From assembly GCA_050246315.1 (NCBI GenBank), contig JBFWWG010000001.1, forward strand, positions 288,001 through 352,000: DNA of 64,000 nucleotides. The letters run 5' to 3'. The notes beneath the pieces were generated by a model that did no database searches, was not told the origin of the DNA, and worked only from the letters and a program-made list of their open reading frames with translations. Shown here one piece after another: positions 47,880 through 57,154 of the stretch; the stretch's first letter is position 1; each line of letters starts with the position of its first letter. The stretch is from Nitrospiraceae bacterium (GTDB taxonomy: Bacteria > Nitrospirota > Nitrospiria > Nitrospirales > Nitrospiraceae). Made by a program: the position numbers and the translations under genes.

Positions 47880-48353
47880 TCAAGGAACCACCCGGATCGT
47901 GCTCCGCAGCTCCTCCTCCGGTCCATGTAACGGACAGAAAAACTGATAAGACTCTGGTCCTGCGGCACCTCCCGCTGAATGACGCTTCAACGGTTCCGTG
48001 CTGACCTGGACATGGACGGTTTCTCCCGAGGTCACATAGACCCGTAACGCTTTGGGTGTCGACCCCTCCGTCCCCTCAAGGATTTGCTCGAATAGATCCG
48101 GGGCTTCAAACACATGCGTCCGGGGTGTCGGATTTTCCAGAACAAAGACCAGCTTCTCATCCAGAAGCACGCGTCTGTAAATCACCACCTCCCGTGGAGA
48201 CCAAGCCGCTGCATCTCCTCCCACATCTTGGATGACAAAGTGAAACTCTGCGGCGAGCGCCGTCGGCAGCGCCAGACCGTTCCCCGTGATCATCCCAAGA
48301 AGGACCAGGCCTGCCCGCAACAATCGTTCGTGGACGCGCTTCATGCCGTTCAT
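47880..48353 (-). CDS. secreted cupredoxin-like protein (nitrosocyanin-like group)
   Basis: Signal peptide ending ALA; AEFHFVIQ, NPTPRTHVF, FFCPLHGPEEELRSTIRVVP. Confidence 0.8.
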   Translation of the reverse strand: MNGMKRVHERLLRAGLVLLGMITGNGLALPTALAAEFHFVIQDVGGDAAAWSPREVVIYRRVLLDEKLVFVLENPTPRTHVFEAPDLFEQILEGTEGSTPKALRVYVTSGETVHVQVSTEPLKRHSAGGAAGPESYQFFCPLHGPEEELRSTIRVVP

Positions 48354-48391
48354 CCCTTCGGCGATCGACCTCTCGCTCTCGGCAGTGCCGG

Positions 48392-48826
48392 TCACTCCTC
48401 CCAAAAAAACTTCTCCCAATCGACGGTTTTCTCCCACCATTGCTGGTGGCGCTTCACATCGTGCAGTGCCGGCGGGGTGACCTCATAGCAATAATCCCAG
48501 ATGGCATCGGCGGCCCCGGCGCTGATCCCTCCTTCCCGGTTCTCCAGCATGTCCATCAGGCGATTCATCGCCGCATAGGAGCCGTTCCAATCACTCCGGT
48601 CATAGAGACTCCGCACCAACTGCACTTGCCCGATATAGGGATCGAACGATCCCGGTTCGGCCTTGGCCTGCGCCGTTCCTTGCTGGACCACGACAAATCC
48701 GGTCAATTGATCCAGCCAGCCCTCCGGCCAGGCAGCCATGGCATTGACCGTCCAGAGCATGGCCGTCGCGAACAGCAGGCAGAGGACTAGCGCCGTCTTT
48801 CCTTGTGCTGTGATACCCCGCGCCAT
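48392..48826 (-). CDS. secreted hypothetical protein, MNRFMDML family copy 4
   Basis: RBS GGAGG, signal peptide ending AMA; YAAMNRLMDMLENREGGI...CYEVTPPALHDVKRH. Confidence 0.85.
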   Translation of the reverse strand: MARGITAQGKTALVLCLLFATAMLWTVNAMAAWPEGWLDQLTGFVVVQQGTAQAKAEPGSFDPYIGQVQLVRSLYDRSDWNGSYAAMNRLMDMLENREGGISAGAADAIWDYCYEVTPPALHDVKRHQQWWEKTVDWEKFFWEE

Positions 48827-49021
48827 GACCCCTCCCGATTTGGTCGGCCCTCACTCACCTTGAGGGTACGACCCGGATCGATCCACCCACATCGGCATCA
48901 GTGCAACGGGACTCATCCGCTCCTGTCCGGCCGTTTTGCGAAATGCCGCAGCCCCGGCCCGGCTCCTCTGGGAGCGACGTCCGAGGCTGCGACGGTCTCT
49001 CCACGACCACCAACCTAGACC

Positions 49022-49531
49022 TTATCCCCCTCCAGGGACACCGGAGGTTTCAACCACCAGCAACTCACCGCGCACTTCCGGGTGAATGTCGCACCAGATG
49101 GTGTGGTACTGAGTATAGGCTTCGTTTCCACCGTACAAGCCATCGCGCTGCACATCGGACGGCTTAGTGAACGTAAGCGTCATGACCTTTCCCGGATCAA
49201 GATGGAAGCTCTTGATCTTCTTTCCCGTGACGACCTCTCCTTGGCCTTCAAGCTTCACCGGGAGATTGTGGAACAAGTTTGACGTAAACCCGTGGGTGAC
49301 CGAGTCCTCGTTGCGAACGGTGATCTTCATCAACGACCCGGCCATGGCCGTCCCCTTCAACAACTCATAGCCATGGTTCCGGTCCTTTATGACAATGGTC
49401 AACTCCTGAACCGGCGCCGCCATTCCTGGCGCCTCAGCATACGCAATTCCGCCTCCCAGCCCCGACAGCGTCAGCGCTGCCAGCGCGAGGGGAACCGCCA
49501 ACACGGTTTTGGGGCCTCCTCTCGTTCTCAT
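49022..49531 (-). CDS. secreted cupredoxin-like protein (H...C-x2-H-x2-V), close paralog of 24853-25362
   Basis: RBS AGGAG; NEDSVTHGF; identical WCDIHPEVRGELLVVETSGVPG. Confidence 0.82.
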   Translation of the reverse strand: MRTRGGPKTVLAVPLALAALTLSGLGGGIAYAEAPGMAAPVQELTIVIKDRNHGYELLKGTAMAGSLMKITVRNEDSVTHGFTSNLFHNLPVKLEGQGEVVTGKKIKSFHLDPGKVMTLTFTKPSDVQRDGLYGGNEAYTQYHTIWCDIHPEVRGELLVVETSGVPGGG

Positions 49532-49707
49532 CGTGGCTCTCCTTTCTTCTGTGGATGCGTCCGGCACCCACGACTCCGACGAGTTGATATACGCTTCCTC
49601 ATCTCTGGTCTCGATTATCCTGAAGTCGTCGTGCTCTCGCTCCACCTCCTTCCCTGCCGCGACTTTTCAGCCAATGCGCCGGCACGTCCGCTTCGGCCCA
49701 CACATCA

Positions 49708-49779
49708 ACCGTAATCAACCTGTTATCCCGAGACAATGAGACAGACACATCATTTTCGGACTGAGCCGATTACCTCACC
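49708..49779 (-). promoter_or_regulatory. tandem operator + sigma70-type promoter, copy 4
   Basis: + strand AATGAGACAGACACATCATT(49735-49754)-N5-ACTGAGCCGATTACCTCACC; minus strand TTGTCT-17-TACGGT. Confidence 0.75.
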
Positions 49780-50275
49780 GACACGATGACGATGACGTTC
49801 ACAGCGCATTATCTGGAGCACATAGGAAAGGTCAGGGGAGATGGAGGCATCACCACGTTCATTTACATAGAGGGTCACTATCCCTGAACGGCTATTCTTG
49901 ACTTGCATCACCATGACGTTGCCCCTGCTTCGGCCTTCTGCGAAACCCTTGCCACACCAAATCGTTGATTTTGCGTATCTGTAGAGAGGCCAATCAAACA
50001 GCCTGGGGAGAAACGCGACAGTGTTGCGTTATGACCTAGGGCAGGAAGGTACAGTGACTGGTTGATCGTCAGAAAATCGAAACAACCTGGGGGTGGAACG
50101 TACCCTCACAGGGAAGGGGGCTGTTCTGCCTTCATGGGCGTATCCGTTCGCCCTGAGCCGGTGGAAGCCTGGGGTGAGTGCATCGAACCGGGTGAACGGA
50201 GGATATTGAAGTGACTTCTCGTCCGCATGAATGAGAATCGCTAGGCGTTTCGTCTGCCGACAAGCCCGGCTCGAT

Positions 50276-51202
50276 TCATGGTTGGCGCTGCGAGAGATAC
50301 CGATACATGCCTTCCACATTCTCGGGGAACCATTCGGCGTAGCGCCCCCATTGCTCATATTTTGGAAGCCGGACCGCCTTCTTGGTCTCTTCCAGACTCG
50401 CCCCCTTCTGGACCTGGTCCTGCACGGCGGCCCGGAGGTCTTCCATATAGTTGCGAAATTGCCGCACGTGTTCCTTCCTGCCGACCTTGCCGTGCCCCGG
50501 CACCAACGTCTCGAAGTCCAATTGCTCGACCTGCTTGAGCGATTCGATCCAGTCGTCCGGATAGCCGTCCGGCAATGCCCGATAGGCCACGGTCTCGATC
50601 GGAATAAAGTCTACGGCGAAGAGCAGCTTATGCTGAGGAAGCAGCACCACCAGGCTGTTGTCCGAATGATTCTTGCCGGTATAAATCAACTCGATACGCT
50701 TGCCCCCCAGATCGATGGACATGCGATCGGTGAAGGTGAGATCCGGGACCGGAATCTTTGCATCTCCTTCTTCCACAATCTTGGGCCGGGCCGCCGCCTG
50801 GCTGATGAAGACGGCCGTATCGGCGAACACGCTGCCTCCGGTGATATGGTCGTTGTGATCGTGACTATAGATGACATACCGCACAGGTTGCTCGGTCAGT
50901 TTCTTGATCTCCGCCTTCAGCCAAGCCGCCGCCTCCAGACTGATCGGATCGGTGACGATCACGCCCTTGGAAGTGGTGATGAAGATGGCCTGATGGAAGC
51001 GGTGCCGGAACAGATAGACATCATCGGCCAGTTTCGTGATTTCATCGTCCGGGCGGGACGATTGAGCCGCCGCCTCAGACGCCTGGATCATGAGCCATCC
51101 GGCCACGAGCAAGAGCAGCCCCCACAGAGCCATGGCGACGTGTCCGTTTGTCTGCGATCGGATGCTGCGGAAACAGCTCAGCTTGTCGTCTGTGGTCGCC
51201 AT
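50276..51202 (-). CDS. MBL-fold metallo-hydrolase, exported
   Basis: YSHDHNDHITG motif, NHSDN, VPGHG; hydrophobic N-terminal segment. Confidence 0.9.
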   Translation of the reverse strand: MATTDDKLSCFRSIRSQTNGHVAMALWGLLLLVAGWLMIQASEAAAQSSRPDDEITKLADDVYLFRHRFHQAIFITTSKGVIVTDPISLEAAAWLKAEIKKLTEQPVRYVIYSHDHNDHITGGSVFADTAVFISQAAARPKIVEEGDAKIPVPDLTFTDRMSIDLGGKRIELIYTGKNHSDNSLVVLLPQHKLLFAVDFIPIETVAYRALPDGYPDDWIESLKQVEQLDFETLVPGHGKVGRKEHVRQFRNYMEDLRAAVQDQVQKGASLEETKKAVRLPKYEQWGRYAEWFPENVEGMYRYLSQRQP

Positions 51203-51332
51203 GTCCTTCCTCCTATCGCATCGCCCTGACCATCTCGTCTGACGTCCCCCTCTCCGTTACCAGTTCCCATCGTCCGTTGCAACGGGCTCGCCGGAAAGGA
51301 GACGGCGAGGGGAGACACTTCACGATCCAGAT

Positions 51333-54300
51333 TCATCCTCGGAACGGGACATCCTCTGCCATGGGTGCGGGCCGGCTTTCGAGGCTCGACACGTCCACCC
51401 GGCCATCCGTCTCCGGATGCGTGGACGGCGCAGTGGATCCGGCAGGTCGTCCCGGTCGCGCCGTCCTGCGCGGCGTGAGTGTTCGGATCAGCATGAACAG
51501 CAACGGCACAAAAACGATGGCCAGAAACGTGGCCGCGATCATGCCGCCCATCACGCCGGTCCCGATGGAATGCCGGCTGGCCGCGCCGGCTCCGCTGGCG
51601 ATCACGAGCGGCGCCACGCCCAGAATGAAGGCCATCGAGGTCATCACGATCGGACGGAATCGCAGCCGGGCCGCTTCCATCGCCGCCTCGCGCAGCGCCA
51701 TCCCCTGTTCGTAACGTTGGTTGGCGAACTCCACGATCAAGATCGCGTTCTTGGCCGACAGGCCGATCAACGTCACCAGCCCGATTTGAAAGTAAATGTC
51801 GTTCGCCATGCCCGAGAGCCACACCGCCGACAGGGCCCCGAACACCCCGAACGGCACGGCAAGGATCACGGCGAACGGCACGGTCCAGCTTTCATACTGC
51901 GCGGCCAGCACGAGAAACACCATGAGGAGTCCGAACCCGAAGGCCAGCACCGATTCGGCACCGGCCTTGCGCTCCTGGTAGGAGATGCCGCTCCAATCCA
52001 GATCGAACCCTTGCGGGATCAAGACGTCCTGAGCCGCCCGCTCCAAGGCGTCCAACGCTTGGCCGGAACTATAGCCCGGCGCCGCAGCGCCCAGCACGAG
52101 CGCGGTGTTGAAGCCGTTGAAGTGCGTCACCGGATCGGGCCCGCTGCTATAGGTCGTCGTCACCACGGTGTCGAGCGGGATCATGTTGGGGCCTTGCCCG
52201 TTCAGCGCGCGCACGTAGATCTTGCTGATGTCGGCGGGGGTGGTCCGGTATTGCGGCTCCGCCTCGGTCTGCACGCGATAGACGCGGCCGAACTTGACGA
52301 AGTCGTTGATGTAGAAGTTGCCGAAAAAGGCCTGGAGGGTGTCGAAGACTTCCGAGATCGGCACGCCCAGCGCCTTGGCCCGTTCGCGGTTGATCTTGGC
52401 ATGCACCCGTGGCGCGCTGACGCGAAAGCTCGAACTGATGGCGCCGATCGCCGGATCCTGTCTGGCTTTCGCAACGAACTCCTCGGCGGCCGCGGCGAAT
52501 GTCTTGAAGTGCCCGCCGCTGGGGTCCTGCACCTGAACCGAGAAGCCGCCCGTGGCGCCCAACCCTCGGATGGACGGGGCATTGAAGGCCAGGATGATCG
52601 CTTCCGGGATCTTGGCGAATTTCTTGAACGCCTCGGCGATCAAGGTTTTGACGTGGTGCTCCTTGCCCTTTCGCTCATCCCAATGTTTGAGGGGCGCGAA
52701 CATCGTCGCGGTATTGGTGCCTCGCGTGCTGAAGACGAAGTTCTGTCCTGACAGACTCTGCGTGCCGTAGACCGCCGGCAAGCCGAGGTAGTACGCCTCG
52801 ATCTTGTCGAGGACCGCGTCCGTGCGTTTCTTCGAGGCGCCGTCCGGCAACTGCACGATCGTAATGAAGTACCCCTGATCTTCTTCCGGCAGAAAGGCCA
52901 TCGGGATGGTCCTGAACAGGCTGATGACGATCCCGATCATCGCCGCGAACACCGCCAGCGACAGCAGGCCGTGCCGCAAGGTCAGGCGCACGACCGTGCC
53001 ATAGCGAACCTGGACCCAATCGAACAGTCGGTTGAAGAGCCCGAAGAAGCCTTTCGGTTGGCCATGGCCCGGCTTGAGCACCAGAGCGCACAGGGCGGGG
53101 CTGAGCGTCAAGGCCACGAACCCGGAGATCATGACGGAGAGCGCAATCGTGATCGCGAATTGCTTGTACAGTTGGCCTGTGATGCCGCCCAGGAATCCGA
53201 CCGGCACGAAGACCGCGCAGAGCACCAGCACGATCGCGATCACCGGTCCGGTCACCTCGCCCATGGCCTTCTTCGCCGCCTCTTTCGGCGAGAGCCCGTT
53301 CGCCATGTGGCGCTCCACGTTTTCGACGACCACGATGGCGTCATCGACAACGATTCCGATAGCCAGGACCAGACCGAAGAGCGTGAGGGTGTTGATCGAA
53401 AACCCCAGCGCCGCCATGCCGGCAAAGGTGCCGATCAACGACACCGGCACCGCCGCAGCGGGAATCACCGTCGCGCGCCAGCTCTGAAGGAAGAGGTAGA
53501 CGACCAGCAGCACCAGGATCATGGCATCTCGCAGCGTCGCCACGACCTCCCGGATGGAGACCTCCACAAACCGGGTCGTATCGTAGGGGATATCGTAGGT
53601 CACGCCGGGTGGAAAGACCTTGGCCAGCCGGTCCATCTCGTCCCGAATCCGCTTCACGGTATCGAGGGCGTTGGCGCCGGGCGAGAGAAACGTAAGGAGC
53701 AGGGCGGTCGGCTTCCGTTTGTAGCGACCTTCGAGCACATAAGACTGCGCGCCCAGCTCGATCCGCGCCACGTCCTTGAGCCGGACGATCGAGCCGTTGG
53801 GCAGCGCGCGGACGATCATCTCCTCGAACTCGGCGACCTCCGACATCCGGCCGTCCGTGATGAGGGGGAGGGTCAGCTCGGTGCCGCCCGGGATGGGCTC
53901 CCGTCCCACCGTCCCGGCGGGGAAATCGCGGTTCTGCTCCCGCACCACCGTGACAATGTCCGTCGGCGTCAAATTCAATTGCGCCATGCGCACGGGGTTC
54001 AGAATCAGCCGCATGCTGTAGTTCTGTTGCCCAAAGACCGATGCGTCGCCCACACCGGGCAATCGCTTGATGTTGTCGATGATGCGCAGAATGGCGTAGT
54101 TGGCCAGGGTGAAGGCGTCCTGTTGCGGATCATCCGATTGCAACACCATGACGGTCAGCAAATCGGGGGACATTTTCTTGACGGAGATCCCTTGGCGAAT
54201 GACTTCCGGTGGGAGCTGCGGTTCGGCCAGTTTCTGGCGGTTCTGCGTCTGGACCTGGGCGATATCGATGTTCGTCCCGATCTCGAAGGTGAGCCGGATC

Positions 54301-54569
54301 GTCACGTGTCCGTCGTTCGTGCTCGTCGAATCGAAGTAGAGGAGGTTGTCGATGCCGGGCAATTGCAGCTCGATCGGCCGCGCCACGGACTCCGCCGCCA
54401 CCTCGGCGCTGGCGCCGGGATAGTCGGCCTCGATCTGAACCATCGGAGGCGTGATCGGCGGAAACTGGGCAATGGGCAGAACCTGCATCGCCACCAGGCC
54501 AACGACGACGATGACGATCGACAGGACCGACGAAAAGATCGGCCGGTCGATGAAGAAGGTGGGACTCAT
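51333..54569 (-). CDS. RND efflux transporter permease (HAE1, AcrB/MexB-like)
   Basis: FFIDRPIF, GIVVDDAIVVVENVER, KNAILIVEFA, RFRPIVMTS. Confidence 0.96.
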   Translation of the reverse strand: MSPTFFIDRPIFSSVLSIVIVVVGLVAMQVLPIAQFPPITPPMVQIEADYPGASAEVAAESVARPIELQLPGIDNLLYFDSTSTNDGHVTIRLTFEIGTNIDIAQVQTQNRQKLAEPQLPPEVIRQGISVKKMSPDLLTVMVLQSDDPQQDAFTLANYAILRIIDNIKRLPGVGDASVFGQQNYSMRLILNPVRMAQLNLTPTDIVTVVREQNRDFPAGTVGREPIPGGTELTLPLITDGRMSEVAEFEEMIVRALPNGSIVRLKDVARIELGAQSYVLEGRYKRKPTALLLTFLSPGANALDTVKRIRDEMDRLAKVFPPGVTYDIPYDTTRFVEVSIREVVATLRDAMILVLLVVYLFLQSWRATVIPAAAVPVSLIGTFAGMAALGFSINTLTLFGLVLAIGIVVDDAIVVVENVERHMANGLSPKEAAKKAMGEVTGPVIAIVLVLCAVFVPVGFLGGITGQLYKQFAITIALSVMISGFVALTLSPALCALVLKPGHGQPKGFFGLFNRLFDWVQVRYGTVVRLTLRHGLLSLAVFAAMIGIVISLFRTIPMAFLPEEDQGYFITIVQLPDGASKKRTDAVLDKIEAYYLGLPAVYGTQSLSGQNFVFSTRGTNTATMFAPLKHWDERKGKEHHVKTLIAEAFKKFAKIPEAIILAFNAPSIRGLGATGGFSVQVQDPSGGHFKTFAAAAEEFVAKARQDPAIGAISSSFRVSAPRVHAKINRERAKALGVPISEVFDTLQAFFGNFYINDFVKFGRVYRVQTEAEPQYRTTPADISKIYVRALNGQGPNMIPLDTVVTTTYSSGPDPVTHFNGFNTALVLGAAAPGYSSGQALDALERAAQDVLIPQGFDLDWSGISYQERKAGAESVLAFGFGLLMVFLVLAAQYESWTVPFAVILAVPFGVFGALSAVWLSGMANDIYFQIGLVTLIGLSAKNAILIVEFANQRYEQGMALREAAMEAARLRFRPIVMTSMAFILGVAPLVIASGAGAASRHSIGTGVMGGMIAATFLAIVFVPLLFMLIRTLTPRRTARPGRPAGSTAPSTHPETDGRVDVSSLESRPAPMAEDVPFRG

Positions 54570-55777
54570 CTCGCGTCCTGTTGAGGATCGCGGAGGCCGG
54601 ACGACGGAGGCGCCGACGTTTCCGCTGGGGGAGGCGTCGTTGTTGCTTGCACGGGCTTCACTTGGACACCAGGCATCACCTTTTGGAACCCATCCACCAC
54701 GACCCGCTCGCCCTCGCGCAGCCCATCTTCAATGAGCCATTCCTTGTCCCGCCAGGCGGAGGCCTTGACGTCCCGAAGCTCCACCTTGTCTCCCTCCCCG
54801 ACCACATAGACCACCGGCCCCTTCGCCCCCTGCTGTACGGCCCGTTGCGGAACCAGGATGGCATTGGTCTTGGAGACCCCGTGGAACTTCACCGTCACGA
54901 ATTGCCCCGGCAGCAACACGCGATCGGGGTTCGGGAAGACGACCCGCGCCTGCCGCGATCCCGTTTCCGCGCGCAGGCCGACATCGGCAAAATCCAGGAG
55001 GCCTTGGTGCGGATAGACTGTCCCGTCCACGAACGTGATGACGCCCGTCAAATGGTAGATCCCCGGATGCTGGATGCGCTTCGCAATGATGTCTCGCCGG
55101 CGCTTCAGGAGGAAGCTCTCCGGCGCGCTGACGATGACATACATGGGGTCCATCTGGTGAATCACGGTCAGCAGGTCCGTCTGGGCCGTGACCAGGCGCC
55201 CTTCGTAATAGCGGGTTCGCTCGATCAGGCCGTCGATGGGCGCGATGATCAACGTATTGTCGAGATCGAACTTGGCCTTCACCACATCGCCCCTCGCCGC
55301 TTCGAGCGACGCCTTGGCCGCCAATTCTTCGGCCACGGCGTCGTCCAGGTCTTTCTGACTCACGGCCTGCTCGGCCAACAGCGGCTTGACTCTGTCCAGA
55401 TTTTGACGAGCCTGCACGAGCCTGGCCTGGGATTGAGACACCCGCGCCTTCGCGCTCAGGTAGGCGGCTTGAAACGGAACCGGATCGATACGGTAGAGGG
55501 GGTCCCCTTTGCGGACATCGCGCCCTTCCGTGAAGAAGCGCTCCTTCATGATCCCTGTCACCTGCGAACGGATCTCAACAATGCGGGAGGCCTCCGCCTG
55601 TCCGATGAACTCCGGTTCATCCGGAACCGTCTGAAATGCGACCGGAAGGACCTGCACTTCAGGGACGGGGCGGGGAGGAGACGGGACGGGCTCCTGCTTG
55701 CACCCGATGGAGCCGACGGCCAGCAATGAGAGCGTCAGCACTGTCGTGAGACTCGCGTGGTCGTTGCCTGACATCAC
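54566..55777 (-). CDS. RND periplasmic adaptor (AcrA-like lipoprotein)
   Basis: SIGC lipobox, EIRSQVTG, FPNPDRVLLPGQF, VPQRAV. Confidence 0.93.
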   Translation of the reverse strand: MMSGNDHASLTTVLTLSLLAVGSIGCKQEPVPSPPRPVPEVQVLPVAFQTVPDEPEFIGQAEASRIVEIRSQVTGIMKERFFTEGRDVRKGDPLYRIDPVPFQAAYLSAKARVSQSQARLVQARQNLDRVKPLLAEQAVSQKDLDDAVAEELAAKASLEAARGDVVKAKFDLDNTLIIAPIDGLIERTRYYEGRLVTAQTDLLTVIHQMDPMYVIVSAPESFLLKRRRDIIAKRIQHPGIYHLTGVITFVDGTVYPHQGLLDFADVGLRAETGSRQARVVFPNPDRVLLPGQFVTVKFHGVSKTNAILVPQRAVQQGAKGPVVYVVGEGDKVELRDVKASAWRDKEWLIEDGLREGERVVVDGFQKVMPGVQVKPVQATTTPPPAETSAPPSSGLRDPQQDAR

Positions 55778-55961
55778 TATTCATCCAATACGCAGCCGCC
55801 CGAATCGGCGCGCCAGTCGATGCTCAATGGCTACGATCTCAGCGCTGGCACTGAACTCGTATAGCTGCCGTGACGGACGCTGCCCTTGAGGATCACCAGA
55901 CGAATTCTGTCTGATTGACGTTCCATCGGCTCTCGATCTTAGTCCTTCGTTGTTCCGATGA

Positions 55962-56186
55962 TCAACGGAGACTCTCCACGAGCACTTTCTGGTCCTTGTA
56001 TATCGACTCGCATGTGTGCCCCTGAGATTCCGTCTGGCGCTGCTCAACCCGCCGGCGGGGCTGCAGATGGTCGGCGATGCCGACGTCCCGGGCTACTTGA
56101 GCTACAGGCCGTGCCGAGTCGCGCACCAACCGGACCGCCTCCGCTTTACATTCGTCCCTGTATCGCCGTCGGGTCTTCGTGGCCAT
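55962..56186 (-). mobile_element. IS3-family transposase OrfA remnant
   Basis: TRRRYRDECKAEAVRLVRDSARPVAQVARDVGI matches the IS3 OrfA HTH; degenerates after ~60 aa, no OrfB. Confidence 0.75.
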
Positions 56187-56228
56187 CCATTCTTCCGATT
56201 TGACCATGCTCCTCCTCATACAAAGGTC

Positions 56229-57116
56229 TCATGTCCTTGCCTCCAAGAACGCAAGGTCGAACGCTTCCGGGTCCGGGCCGTTGCGACGGTTTGTGTCGAG
56301 CGTGGCAATCGACGCCATGTCCGTTTCGGAAAGTTCAAAGTCGAAGATGTCGATATTGCTGGCGATGCGCTCCGGGTGAATGGATTTCGGGATTGCGGAC
56401 ACGCCGTTCTGGATGTGCCACCGCAGAACCACTTGCGCCGGCGTCTTGCCGGTTCTCGCGGCGATCTCCGTGAGCACGCGATCGTCTAGCAGTCTCGTGA
56501 TGCGCTCGGGGTCGCGAGGATGATTGGTGAAGATGCCCCCGATAGGTGACCACGCCTGCGTGGCGATACCAAGACGCGCATGGACCTCCCGCAGCGACCG
56601 CTGTGCGAAATACGGATGCAGTTCCACCTGATTGACCGCGGGCGTCACTCCCGTCGCCGCAATCAGGGCTGTGAGACGCGGCTCTGTGAAGTTGCACACG
56701 CCGATGGCGCGCACGCGTCCGTCTGCGAGCAGTTTCTTGGCCGCTTGCCACGCCGCGATTGTCTCATTCCACGAGGACGGGACCGGCCAGTGCAACAGAT
56801 AGAGATCAAGGTACTCAACACCGAGCTTGTTCACGCTCACATCAAAGGCGCGCAACGCCGCATCGTAGCCGTAGTCGCTGATCCACAGCTTAGTCGTCAC
56901 GAACAGCTCGTCACGGGGGACCGCGCCGCGGGCGATGCCTTCGCCGACCTCCCGCTCATTGCCGTAGGCAGCAGCCGTGTCGATCAAGCGATATCCACTC
57001 GCAACCGCGCTCTGCACCGCATTGGCGGTGTCTTTGGGCGAGCTGAGATACACACCGAGGCCCAACAGGGGGAGCTCAACGCCATTGCTGAGGCGGATCG
57101 TCGGCGTCTTGTTCAT
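56229..57116 (-). CDS. aldo/keto reductase (2,5-DKG reductase-like)
   Basis: GYRLIDTAAAYGNE, FVTTKLW, DLYLLHWP, NQVELHP, IPKS. Confidence 0.93.
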   Translation of the reverse strand: MNKTPTIRLSNGVELPLLGLGVYLSSPKDTANAVQSAVASGYRLIDTAAAYGNEREVGEGIARGAVPRDELFVTTKLWISDYGYDAALRAFDVSVNKLGVEYLDLYLLHWPVPSSWNETIAAWQAAKKLLADGRVRAIGVCNFTEPRLTALIAATGVTPAVNQVELHPYFAQRSLREVHARLGIATQAWSPIGGIFTNHPRDPERITRLLDDRVLTEIAARTGKTPAQVVLRWHIQNGVSAIPKSIHPERIASNIDIFDFELSETDMASIATLDTNRRNGPDPEAFDLAFLEART

Positions 57117-57154
57117 CGTCGTCATCTCCTTGTTCAGATTGGTCGCCTCCTTGT

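Noticed and set aside
45151..48826. c-type cytochromes
   Set aside because: No CxxCH motif; each paralog has only one conserved Cys
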